In this document: positions 25,670 through 37,495 of the stretch, piece after piece
How the letters are laid out: every line of letters starts with the position of its first letter
Position numbering within the stretch: the stretch's first letter is position 1
NCBI GenBank assembly: GCA_030390025.1
Contig: CM059438.1
Location: 55,430,001-55,494,000, forward strand
Reading direction: 5' to 3'
Source: Squalus acanthias
Lineage: Eukaryota
DNA length: 64,000 nt
Notes under the pieces: model-generated
Told to the model about the DNA's origin: nothing
Database searches by the model: none
What the model saw: only the letters and a program-made list of their open reading frames with translations
Translations under genes and position numbers: made by a program

Positions 25670-26642
25670 TTAAATGATCTGGATAAGGGAACTAAATGTA
25701 ATATCTCCAAGTTTGCAGATGACAAAGCTGGGTGGGCGTGTGTGCTCCGAGGAGGATACTGAGAAACTCCAGGATGATTTGGACAGGTTGGGTGAGTGGG
25801 CAGAAGCGTGGCAGATGCAATATAACGTGGATAAATGCGAGGTTATCCACTTTGGTGTCAAAAACAGAAAGGCAGACTATTATCTGAATGGCAATAGATT
25901 GGGAGAAGGGGAAGTGCAATGAGACCTGGGTGTCCTTGTGCACCAGTCGCTGAAAGTAAGCATGCAGGTGCAGCAGGCGGTGAAGAAGGCAAATGGTATG
26001 TTGGCCTTCATAGCGAAAGGGTTTGAGTATAGGAACAGGAAGGTCCTGCTGCAGTTGTACAGGGCCTTGGTGAGACCACACCTTGAGTACTGTGTGCAGT
26101 TTTGGTCGCCTTATCTGAGGAAGGATGTTCTTGCCATGGAGGGAGTGCAGCGAAGATTCACCAGACTGATACCTGGGATGGCAGGAATGACATATGAGGA
26201 GAGATTGGGTCGATTGGGCTTATACTCGCTGGAGTATAGAAGAATGAGAGGGGATCTCATCGAAACAGATAAAATTCTGACAGGTCTGGACAAACTAGAT
26301 GCAGGAAGAATGTTCCCGATGGTCGGAGAGTCCAGAACCAGGGGTCATAATCTAAGGATAAGGGGTAAGCCATTTAGGACAGAAATGGAGGAATTTCTTC
26401 ACCCAGAGAGTGGTGAACCTGTGGAATTCTCTACCACTGAAGGTAGTTGAGGCCAAGTCATTAAATATATTCAAGAATGAGTTAGATATATTTCTTAAAG
26501 CAAAAGGTATCAAGGGATATGGGGAGAAGGCAGGTACAGGGTACTGAGTTTGGATGATCAGCCATGATCTCATCGAATGGCGGAGCAGGCTTGAGGGGCC
26601 GAATGGCCTACTCCTGCTCCTATCTTCTATGTTTCTATGTTT
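25670..26642 (+). mobile_element. 5'-truncated young CR1 LINE (RT C-terminus plus 3' UTR with TTCTATGT tail)
   Basis: RT peptide LVRPHLEYCVQFWSPY. Nearly identical to 57490-58462. Confidence 0.95.
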
Positions 26643-27121
26643 AGTAGTGCTGCTCAATTAGTTGTTCGCCAAGAACAAGAGGACGAGCTTCGTGCCTCTC
26701 AGCAATAGCTGGGGCAGGTACATTATAGAAGAAATACAAGGTCTTTGGCCTTGGACAGAACAGACTTGATGGACTGAATAAACTTAAACCACATCTGCTT
26801 CCCACCCAATGAAATCGGTTGAACACGGAGACTTGCCGGCCTCGATCAGACAAGGTTTGTCCACCGACAGGCAGACTCCAAGGTCAAGCTGGCAAGAGTG
26901 AAGACAATCCTTTGTTAGTTTCCTCTTTTCCTACACCCAAGGGGAGAGAGAGAAAAAGCAGTGGCAGGAAAAGCTGCACCCTGTGTAAGTACATCTCCCA
27001 TCAGCTAAACAGGGAGCACTACAGACTGCAACTCGAGCCGTCCTGCCCAACAAGAGCGAGAAGTAAAGAATCAAATCGAACAGCTGTAAAGTACAAGTGC
27101 CCCAGAACTGGGATGACTCAC

Positions 27122-27286
27122 TTGGACTTGTTATATTCAAACTCTATGTGTAAGCAGTCTTCAATGCCCACTTCCATTTTGATGGAGTTGTTGACGTCAG
27201 GGTATGTGGCAAGTTGGTGCACAATCAGATCATACTCCTTCACCAGGTCACTCAGGCTCCGCACTATTGTGACTTTCAGGAAATAT
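27122..27286 (-). CDS. VPS26A: VPS26A coding exon 5 (165 nt): YFLKVTIVRSLSDLVKEYDLIVHQLATYPDVNNSIKMEVGIEDCLHIEFEYNKSK
   Basis: Near identity to VPS26A. Acceptor cag, donor gtgagt. Confidence 0.97.
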
Positions 27287-28266
27287 CTGGGGGAAAAACA
27301 ATGCAACAAATGAGGTCACTGGTTTGTGAGTTTCCAGGACAAGTGGAATCCCAGAAATACTGCTCAAAATAAAGCAAAAAGTCCCAGACTCCCATTAATA
27401 AACAGGATGGGACTTCCCAGACACCATATATCAACAGCCTCAGTTATAAACAATGAAAAAGAATGATGCCATCACACTTAACAGCTGGAAGCAATCCTGG
27501 AATCCCCCCACAACTACACTGCACTCTTTGTTATTCAGTCATCATAAATGAGTGGCTCAGAATACACACCATTCAGACACACTGCAGTTTTTAAACAATG
27601 AAAAATACCCTTTTGTTTGCATGGGTAATGGCACTAACCTGTTTAGCACAGATTCAAACAGGCAAGGTGGCGCCAGGACTCCTGGTCTGTGCCATTGGCT
27701 GATCTCAGCCAGGATAGCAGTTGGGGCACCTCAACTGGCCTCAGAACCACAGAGGTGGGTGTGGGAAGGCAGCCATTTCCAACTCCTGCTGGGAAATGCA
27801 TAACGCGGTCCTGTACGAGGGGCATTGGCACCCGGGCCCTTCCTTCATCCAGGTGCCCATCCTTCCCGAGTGAGTCTAGACATCAAGTGTTGTGGGGTGT
27901 TTGATAGAGGAGAGTATTAGGACCAAGTCTTTTTTTATACATGTAGTTTCCAGTAGGGGGCCAGTGGATTGTGAGAAGCAGAATTATTGGTGATTATTTC
28001 CCCTCTAACTCAGGCAGAGCCAGCTGTAGTGTTCGAACTGCTGCTCTGGCGATGGTGAACCAACTGAGCACTAAGCAGGGATTAAACAAAGACCTCTGGT
28101 GTGTATGGCTCATTGTAGACTGGGCAGTCTATCTACTTACTAGGCTACCTAGGAACCAATTTTAAAACCTTTACAATCCTTTAGGGAGTTTTTTAAATAA
28201 TGTCTCTGCAAAAAAACTAGTAAATCAAATTTGGGAGGAAAGAGACACCAGGTGGTACAGTGGGAT

Positions 28267-28720
28267 AAAGAAAGAACTTGCATTTATATAGCACCTTTCC
28301 TGACCTCTGTCAGAAAGCGCTTTACAGCCAATTAAGTACTTTTTGAAGTGTAGTCACTGTTGTAATGTAGGAGGCGTGGCAGCCAATTTGTGCACAGCAA
28401 ACTCCCACAAACAGCAATGAGATAAGTGACCAGATAATCTGTTTTTAGTGATGTTGGTTGAGGGGTAAATATTGGCCAGGACACCGGGGAGAACTCCCTG
28501 ATCATCTTCGAATAGTGCCATGGGATCTTTTACATCCGCCCGAGGGGGCAGGCAGGGCCTCAGTTTAACATCTCATCCGAAAGATAGCACCTCAGACAGT
28601 GCAGCACTCCCTCAGTACAGCGCTGGAGTGTCAGCCTGGAATATGTGCTCAAATCTCTGCAGTGGGACTGAACCCACAACCACTGACTCAGGCACAAGTG
28701 CTACCCACTGAGACACAGTG
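28267..28720 (-). mobile_element. Full-length tRNA-head SINE with Deu-domain-like body and L2-like tail (SacSINE1/DeuSINE-like)
   Basis: A/B-box-like head, body with gatcccatggcactatt...tcctggccaatattta, tail gctatataaatgcaagttctttcttt. A second, split copy lies at 58722-61970. Confidence 0.8.
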
Positions 28721-29773
28721 GATTAGGGTTAGCACTCAATGAAGGTATCTTTTATAGTCGCCGAGTCACTCTCCTGGAATTCCCTGCCTAATAACATCGT
28801 GGGAGCACCAGCACCACACGAACTGGAGCAGTTCAGGGAGAAGCCTTAGCACCGTCTCACAGTATCTAGGGTTGGCCAGTAAATTCAGCCTCGCAGCATC
28901 CTGAGAAATTAAACAATGGCAGGACTGGCTGTCGAGGGCGGTGTGTGAAGTGGGCTTGGGCAGTTTCAATCAGGCCTTGGGAGTAGACCTACAACACAAA
29001 CTACCTATTGCATTTGATGCTGAATTCATCTAATTCAGAAAGGTAAGAACGCTGTTATTGGAGGTGGGAGTAAATACACCTGCACTTTTCTGCGGTTAGG
29101 TTGAAGGGAGATGGAACAGTGATGCTAAACATGGAAAATATGCTCCATTGCCCATCACTTCAATGACAAAATAAAATTTACCCAGACAGCTACTGAACAG
29201 CCCGCTTGTGCACTGCAATTCACACTTTTACACCAACATCAATACCAGACAACTTTTACTAATGGATTTCTAAAGCTACCATACATGGCTTAAGTGGGTT
29301 TGGTGAAATGGGCAAAAGACCCACTAATCCCACTCCATCCAATCAATGGTACAACCTCACCCAGCCCCAAGCAACATCACCTCCTGGGAGAGGCGGTTCA
29401 CGGCCTGGTGTAGCACACAGGCTCCATTTCTGACCAATGGCGTTAGCTGATCTCAACCCAGACAGCAGCACGGGCACAGCAGGCATGGGGGGGGGAAATA
29501 GAGGGCAGAAGGAAATAGGAAATACATTTGACAGTGTTCCTGCGGATCATCATCCAGCGACTCCAACTGGAACTGGGCACGGAGAGGACTGGGCTCATCT
29601 CGGGCTTGTCCTCAAAAAGATGAATGAGCTGCATCCTGTAACACTATATGCAGGGTGTTCCTCACAGAATGGACAATGCAACTACAACCCAGGGAATGGG
29701 GGGGATGGGCAGGGGTGAAGTATGCGCAAAGGATTCAAATCAAAAACGGTTCAGCTGTACTGAAAATAGTTAC

Positions 29774-29930
29774 CTCAGTCTGACATTGGCCCCTATATAC
29801 GATTCATACGGCTTTTCCACCTGCATGAATTCAAAGTCATAGGTCCTGCTCTGTGTCAGCTCTCCAGGCAGGGCCAGCTCCTTCACCAGGTTCACAAACT
29901 CATGTGTGTTACTCTTATCACTAAACAGCT
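29774..29930 (-). CDS. VPS26A: VPS26A coding exon 4 (157 nt): ELFSDKSNTHEFVNLVKELALPGELTQSRTYDFEFMQVEKPYESYIGANVRLR
   Basis: Near identity to VPS26A. Acceptor cag, donor gtaact. Confidence 0.97.
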
Positions 29931-30424
29931 CTGCAACATAGAAGGAACAGAGGAAAAGTGAAAGGCAGGTGTGCATCTTTTACAGTGTCTAGTCAACCCC
30001 TCCCCTCCCCGAGACTGTGGCTTGCAGGTATTTCATGCTCAGCAATAAGTGCGCCAGTAGATTAACTGGTCAGTAGGCAGAGAGCCAAGCTCACCATCGG
30101 CTGCAACCATCTGGTTTTAAAGCTGGTTCTCACTCAATTGAAACTTTTTTTTAAGAAAAAAAAAGTGTGATCTCTACCCCAAAAGTGGACGTCAGGAACT
30201 TGGAAGCAGAAAGGGGTTAAATAGGACCGGCTGGAATTGAAGAGTGAAAAGGTACATCGTGACAATCCAAGTAAAGGACTATCAAGGTTTTAGGTTTTGA
30301 CATTACCCCAAAGCAATTACAGACTCCCAATTGCTGTATAACATATTTAGAAAAGATAGAGGGGGAAGTTAGCCTAACATCTGTCATTGGGAAAATGCTG
30401 GAATCCATTATTAAGGAAGAAATA

Positions 30425-30880
30425 ACAACAGAAAACGCTGGAAAAACTCAGCAGGCCAGGCAGCATCCGTGGAGAGAGAAAGAGAGTTAACGTTTCAGGT
30501 CGATGACCTTTCATCAGAACTGGGAAGAGCCGGAAATCAAATAGATTTAAGGCCAGGGTAAAGCTGGGAAAAGGGGGAGGGGATAAAGGAACAAAGGGGG
30601 AGATGAAGAGACATTAAGAGACATTAAGAGATATGCAAGGATAGAGGTGGTGTTAATGTGACAGATTAAGGCTGAATGAAGTGTGAAATCCACTGGCAGA
30701 ATAAAGGACAGCTGCCAGCTTCTAGGAGGAAAAAAAAAAGGTGGGGGGGGACAAATAAAAGGGTGGATAAAATAAAATATAAATGTGATTGGAGCTGAGG
30801 TTATGATCTAAAATTGTTGAACTCGATATTGAGTCCAGAGGGCTGTAGCGTGCCTAAACGAAAGATGAGGTGCTGTTCCT
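30425..30880 (-). mobile_element. Penelope-like element 3' fragment (GIY-YIG C-terminus and pLTR/UTR)
   Basis: Reverse complement matches 55190-55581 (EQHLIFRLGTLQPSGLNIEFNNF) and 63500-64000. Confidence 0.85.
30485..30521 (-). ncRNA. Minimal type I hammerhead-ribozyme-like motif within the Penelope-like pLTR
   Basis: Minus strand reads AGUU-CUGAUGA-A-AGGUC-AUC-GACCU-GAAA-CG-UU-AACU, containing both core boxes, stem II and stem I. Activity is not demonstrated. Confidence 0.6.
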
Positions 30881-31699
30881 GTAGCAGGACATTTAGAAAA
30901 TCATGCTTGGCTGTATGAAAGGGAAATCATGTTTGACAAATTTGCTGGAGTTCTTTGAGGATGTAACGAGCAGGGTGGATAAAGAGGAACCAGTAGATGT
31001 CATGTATTTGGATTTCCAAAAGGCATTCGATAAGGTGCCACATAAAAGGTTACTGCACAAGATAAGAGCTCACGGGGTTGGGGGTAATATATTAGCATGG
31101 ATAGAGGATTGGCTAACGGACAGAAAACAGAGAGTCGGGATAAATGGGTCATTTTCAGGTTGGCAAACTGTAACGAGTGGGGTGCCACAGGGATCAGTGC
31201 TGGGGCCTCAACTATTTACAATCTATATTAATGACTTGGATGATCCACTTGTGGGGAAGTGCAAAACTAGAGGCCATCAATATAAGATAGTCACCAAGAA
31301 ATCCAATAGGGAATTCAGAAGAAACTTCTTTACCCAGAGAGTGGTGAGAATGTGGAACTCGCTACCACAGGGAGTGGTTGAAGCGAATACTTTAGATGCA
31401 TTTAAGGGGAGGCTGGACAAGCACGAGGGAGAAGGGAATAGAGGGTTATGCTGATAGATTTAGAGGAGGAAAGATGGGAGAAAGCTCGTGTGGAGCATAA
31501 ACATCGGCATGGACTGGTTAGGAATGGCCTGTTTCTGTGCTGTATATCCAATGTAATCCTATGTAATCACACCACATCTACCTAGATTACACTTGGTATG
31601 TAGGTCACGCTTTATAGGCAGCTAAACCTCTCCTACTAGTTTTCCAACGTTGAGATGTCCACAGTTGGTCACCACCATTCCCCTCCATCCATTGTCCAG

Positions 31700-32457
31700 C
31701 GAGCAGCTCCCGGCCGCCGTGGCCCCGGTCGCACCAGCAGCTCCCGGCCGCCGTGGCCCCGGTCGCACCAACAGCTCCCGGCCGCCGTGGCCCCGGTCGC
31801 ACCAGCAGCTCCCGGCCGCCGTGGCCCCGGTCGCACCAGCAGCTCCCGGCCGCCGTGGCCCCGGTCGCACCAGCAGCTCCCGGCCGCCGTGGCCCCGGTC
31901 GCACCAGCAGCTCCCGGCCGCCGTGGCCCTGGTCGCACCAGCAGCTCCCGGCCGCACCAGCAGCTCCCGGCCGCCGTGGCCCCGGTCGCACCAGCAGCTC
32001 CCGGCCGCCGTGGCCCCGGTCGCACCAGCAGCTCCCGGCCGCCGTGGCCCCGGTCGCACCAGCAGCTCCCGGCCGCCGTGGCCTCGGTCGCACCAGCAGC
32101 TCCCGGCCGCCGTGGCCCTGGTCGCACCAGCAGCTCCCGGCCTCCGTGGCCCCGGTCACACCAGCAGCTCCCAGCTGCCGTGGCCCCGGTCACACCAGCA
32201 GCTCCCAGCTGCCGTGGCCCCGGTCACACCAGCAGCTCCCGGCTGCCGTGGCCCCGGTCACACCAGCAGCTCCCGGCTGCCGTGGCCCCGGTCACACCAG
32301 CAGCTCCCGGCTGCCGTGGCCCCGGTCACACCAGCAGCTCCTGGCTGCCGTGGCCCCGGTCACACCAGCAGCTCCCGGCCGCCGTAGTCCCAGTCGCACC
32401 AGCAGCTCCCGGCCACCGTGGTCCCGGTCGCACCAGCAGCTCCCGGTCGCACCAGCA
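31700..32457. repeat. 34-bp GC/CpG-rich minisatellite (CAGCAGCTCCCGGCCGCCGTGGCCCCGGTCGCAC), ~22 units
   Basis: Seen directly. Confidence 0.96.
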
Positions 32458-33741
32458 AATGGAGCTGGAGACTCTCGATATTAAATACAGCGACTTCAGC
32501 CTCACCAGGTAACGGCAGAGAAAAATATCTCTTTTTCTAGCTCCTCAACCTAATGTCAAACAAATTGGTTTGAAATGTATTTGTACCTGTTCACATTTGC
32601 TCTCTGGCTCTGTTGCTGTCCTCCAATGGGCCTCCCATCTCAGCCTGTACTAGTTTTCCCCACTTCCCTCCTTATTCTCTATAGGTGCAATTTAAAAAGT
32701 GAGCTCTTCAAGCCCCCTCCTCTCTGCCCAGATCCTCTATACTTTCAATTCATTTGAACAGTCCTTTTCCCAGTCTCTACTGACTTACTCATCTCAGATG
32801 TACAATTGGCCTTGGCACTGAGCTGGGGGGCAGAGGGAAGTTTAAAAAGCCTGGGATCCCAGTTCTGACTGCTATCCAGTGACTCCCACCGAAAGGTGTA
32901 ATGCAGATATCAGAACCAGGCACAGCTCTTTCAGCCTTCCCAGTCGAACAGCCTGCGACTCTCACTTCCTGGGCTCGAAGAAGAATTGATACTTAGTTGA
33001 GGTTCTAGAAGGTGACTGGGCCCAGGAACTGTATCCCAGCACGAGTCAGTGCCGGGGGATGGAGGAGAAGAGTGTAAATTGGAAATAATTCTGATCACTG
33101 GGTAGGGTGGTTGAAACCAGTATATCCAGCAGCGTTCAGTTGAAGCTGGTATAATTACCTGCATCGAAATACCGAATCACATTCCACATGTAATCGGCTG
33201 ACCCTGATACGTAACGCCATGTCTTAGTGAATAACTACCTTTAATAAAATCCAACAGCTTGTGGCTGTAGATCCCCCCATTAACCGTGAAACAGCCCAGC
33301 CCAACATCTGTATTCTTCACAGATTCAGAGTACTGAAGATAAACTGGGACCTTATTTACAGAATACACTGGCAGACTGCTCTCAGCACTGAACACGCATA
33401 TACAGACCATTTAGACTGTGGACTAGCGCTCTTAAACCCAGTCTCCCCACCCCCCAATGAGGGCCCTAACTGTTCCGTTCCACCCTATTGGCAATGGAAG
33501 CCAAGCCTGCAGGCTGACTTCACCAAATGTCCACTTCCAGCCAGGGCCACTGATTAAAGATCATGGAATGATTTCCCACTCCTTAGACCAGGCCACGGAG
33601 TTGATTTAACAGCGGCCGTGGCCCCGGCCCCGGCCCCCGCCCAATAGTCTGGGAATCGAACCTCAGCTGGTTTAGTCCAGCTCATTCATCGGAAAGTCTC
33701 AGGCTCTCCTGTGTAGCTACGTTCAGAAAGCAGAGTCAGCA

Positions 33742-34690
33742 TCATAAGAGCATAAGAAATAGGAGGAGTCGGCCATTTGGCCCTTCGAGCCTGCTCCACC
33801 ATTCAAGATTATGGCTGATCTTCGACCTCAACTCCACTTTCCCACACTATCCCCATATCCCTTAAATCCCAAAAATCAATCAATCTCTGTCTTGAATATA
33901 CTCAACAACTGAGCATCCACAGCTCTCCGGGGTAGAGAATTCCAAAGATTCACCACCCTCTGAGTGACGAAATTTCTCATCATCTCAGTCCTAAATGGCT
34001 GACCCCTTATTCTGAGACTGTGACCCCGTGTTCTAGATTCCCCAGCCAGGAGAAACATTTTCCTAGTATTAACCCGGTCAAGCCCCTTAAGAATTTTATG
34101 TTTCAATTAGATCACCTCTCATTCTTCTGAACTCTAGGGAATATAGGCCTAGTCTACTCAATCTCTCCTCATAGGGCAATCCCCTCATCCCAGGAACCAG
34201 TCTAGTGAACCCTCGTTGCACTCCCTCCAAGGCAAGTATGTCTTTCCTTAGGCAGGGAGACCAGAACTGTACACAGTACTCCAGGTGTGGCCTCACCAAT
34301 GCCCTGCATAACTGTAATAAGACGTCTTTACTCTTATACTCTAATCCCTTTGTAAAAAAAGCTAACACACCATTTGCTTTCCTAATTGCTTGCTGTACCT
34401 GCATGTTAACTTTGTGATTCATGTACAAGGACACCCAGGTCCCTCTGAATGCAAATATTTCCCAGTCTCTCACCATTCAAAAAATATTCTGCTTTTGTTT
34501 CTCCTACCAAAGTGGATAACTTCACACTTCCCCACATTGAATTCCATTTGCCATGTTCTTGCCCACTCAGTCAACCTGTCTATATCTCTCTGCAGCCTCT
34601 TTGCGTCCTCCTCACAGCTTACTTTCCCACCTAACATTGTATCAGCAGCAAACTTGGATACGTTACACTCAGTCCCTTCATCGAAGTTAT
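33742..34690 (-). mobile_element. CR1 LINE 3' fragment
   Basis: RT peptide RALVRPHLEYCVQFWSP, 3' UTR and ttctta tail. Confidence 0.92.
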
Positions 34691-34971
34691 TCAGGAGACA
34701 AGGAGACGTTTATGTTCACAGCACACTGACGAGTAAATACCATCTCACCAAACATAGCCAGCATGGAGTGCGAGGGAAGGTTAGCTCGGATTTTAGTACA
34801 GTAACAGGGCATAAACACAGCTATCGCTACGTTATCTCAGACTCAAAGATAACCACAGACTGTCTGCTTACAATACCTGCAGTGCTTTACATGTGGATGG
34901 AAAGTCAAAAGTTAAATTAGTTCTGCCAGATGAGGTCCTCATCAGCTCAACTCAAATCCAACCTCACTGTT

Positions 34972-35800
34972 TTCAGGGGAGGAGTAACGCGTTACTCACG
35001 GTCTCTAGGTTCGGGGGAGGAATGAGGCATTACTCACGGTCTATACTGGTTCAGGGGGAGGAGTGACGCGTTACTCACGGTCTCTAGGTTCAGGGGGAGG
35101 AGTGACGCGTTACTCACTGTCTACACTGGTTCAGGGGGAGGAGTGAGGCGTTACTCACGGTCTCTAGGTTCAGGGAGGAGTGAGGCGTTACTCACGGTCT
35201 ACACTGGTTCAGGGGGAGGAGTGAGGCGTTACTCACGGTCATACTGGTTCAGGGGAGGAGTGACGCGTTACTCACGGTCTACACTTGTTCAGGGGGAGGA
35301 GTGAGGCGTTACTCACGGTCTATACTGGTTCAGGGGGAGGAGTGACGCGTTACTCACGGTCTACACTGGTTCAGGGGGAGGAGTGAGGCGTTACTCACTG
35401 TCTACACTGGTTCAGGGGGAGGAGTGAGGCGTTACTCACGGTCTATACTGGTTCGGGGGAGGAGTGACACGTTATTCACGGTCTCTAGGTTCAGGGGGAG
35501 GAGTGAGGCGTTACTCACGGTCTCTAGGTTCAGGGGGAGGAGTGAGGCGTTACTCACGGTCGATACTGGTTCGGGGGAGGAGTGACACGTTACTCACGGT
35601 CGATACTGGTTTGGGGGAGGAGTGAGGCGTTACTCACGGTCGATACTGGTTCGGGGGAGGAGTGAGGCGTTACTCACGGTCTCTAGGTTCGGGGAGGAGT
35701 GAGGCGTTACTCACGGTCTCTAGGTTTGGGGGAGGAGTGAGGCATTACTCACGGTCTCTAGGTTTGGGGGAGGAGTGAGGCGTTACTCACGGTCTATACT
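34972..35800. repeat. ~40-bp minisatellite (GGTTCAGGGGGAGGAGTGAGGCGTTACTCACGGTCTACACT), ~20 units
   Basis: Seen directly. Confidence 0.95.
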
Positions 35801-36050
35801 GTGCAGAGTGCTGTTGCTGAAGGGAGACTGGGTTCCTCTCCCTTCACTCAGAGTAAAACTGCCTGGCATATGGTCCTGAAGTAGAGTGACCGCGGACACA
35901 GCTACACAAACTGGGAATTGCTGCCATTGATACCGTCAATGTGCTAACCTCTCTGTAGTCACCATTCTCCAGCTCGTTAGAGTAGATATTAACTGCAGGA
36001 AAAGCAATCTTGGAATGGGGGGGGGGAATGGAGAAAGATCGGCAACTTAC

Positions 36051-36126
36051 CAATCTGTCCAACAAACTCAATTCGAATTCCTTTGTGCTCCAAACGCTTT
36101 CCCGTCTGTTTAAAGGTAAGATTTAC
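36051..36126 (-). CDS. VPS26A: VPS26A coding exon 3 (76 nt): VNLTFKQTGKRLEHKGIRIEFVGQI
   Basis: Translated by hand. Matches human VNLAFKQPGKRLEHQGIRIEFVGQI. Acceptor cag, donor gtaagt. Confidence 0.96.
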
Positions 36127-36219
36127 CTGCCAAAACAATTAAATAGGGAAAACGTAAAAATTATTCATTATTCCATTTTTCTAAATTTGCTTTGAAGACA
36201 AATCTCAAATCTTTCTTTC

Positions 36220-37215
36220 ACCCCTCACCCTCTCGCTCCTTTACTCCCCTCCGCCCCGCTCCTTTACTCCCCTCCCCCCGCTCCTTTACTCCCCGCCCCC
36301 CCGCTCCTTTACCCCCCGCCCCCCTCCCCCCGCCCCGCTCCTTCGCTCCCCCCGCCCCTTCGCCCCCCCGCCCCTTCGCCCCCCCCGCCCCGCTCCCCCC
36401 GCCCCGCCCCTTCGCTCCCCCCGCCCCGCCCCTTCGCTCCCCCCGCCCCTTCGCTCCCCCCGCCCCGCTCCTTTGCTCCCCTCGCCCCGCTCCCTTGCTC
36501 CCCTCGCCCCGCTCCCTCGCTCCTTTACTCCCCTCGCCCCGCTCTCGCTCCTGTACTCCCCTCGCCCCGCTCCCGCTCCTGTACTCCCCTCGCCCCGCTC
36601 CCGCTCCTTTACTCCCCTCGCCCCGCTCCCGCTCCTTTACTCCCCTCGCCCCGCTCCCTCGCTCCTTTACTCCCCTCGCCCCGCTCCCTCGCTCCTTTAC
36701 TCCCCTCGCCCCGCTCCCTCGCTCCCCTCGCCCCGCTCCTTTACTCCCCTCACCCCGCTCCCCTCACCCCGCTCCCCTCACCCCGCTCCCCTCACCCCGC
36801 TCCCCCCGCTCCCCTCACCCCCGCTCCCCTCACCCCGCTCCCCTCACCCCGCTCCCCTCACCCCGCTCCCCTCACCCCGCTCCCCTCACCCCGCTCCCCT
36901 CACCCCGCTCCCTCGCTCCCCTCACCCCGCTCCCCTCACCCCGCTCCCCTCACCCCGCTCCCCTCACCCCGCTCCCCTCACCCCCTCACCCCGCTCCCTC
37001 GCTCCTTTACTCCCCTCACCCCGCTCCCCCTCACCCCGCTCCCTCGCTCCTTTACTCCCCTCACCCCGCTCCCACTCCTTTACTCCCCTCACCCCACTCC
37101 CACGCTCCTTTACTCCCCTCACCCCGCTCCCTCGCTCCTTTACTCCCCTCACCCCGCTCCTTTACTCCCCTTACCCCGCTCTCCCGCTCCTTTACTCCCC
37201 TCACCCCGCTCTCAG
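36220..37215. repeat. C-rich low-complexity tandem repeat (CCCCTCACCCCGCT / CCTTTACTCCCCTCGCCCCGCT)
   Basis: Seen directly. G-rich on the transcribed sense strand. Confidence 0.95.
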
Positions 37216-37495
37216 CCCTTATCATATAGTCTGTGCGAGTCCAGCAATATTCTATTTCATATAGCCCAAGGCCACGTGCTCAATCAGCAGCCGTCGTGGC
37301 CAAGATCTCCGGCCAGTTACTGAACACGGAAGCCTAGTGCTTTAAACTTCCTCCATTCACATTCAGGTACACTCCCATTTTAGGAAGGCACGGTTCTTGA
37401 TTGCGCGGTGCCAGTGAGAGCTATGCACTATATCCAGATGATGACCGTACCGTTAGCAGGGCAGGGAGAGAGCTTGAGCCACTGGTTTAGTCTGT

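Larger units (their letters stand above)
30368..31568 (+). mobile_element. Internally deleted CR1 LINE fragment, interrupted by a Penelope-like insertion
   Basis: VSLTSVIGKMLESIIKEEI | AGHLENH...[13 protein letters not shown]...[10 protein letters not shown], with a tandem atgtaatc tail. Confidence 0.88.

Noticed and set aside
31605..32512. Collagen-like or Pro/Ala-rich ORFs in all six frames
   Set aside because: They come from a stop-free GC-rich 34-bp tandem repeat.
36192..37264. Proline-rich extensin-like ORFs
   Set aside because: They come from a C-rich low-complexity repeat.
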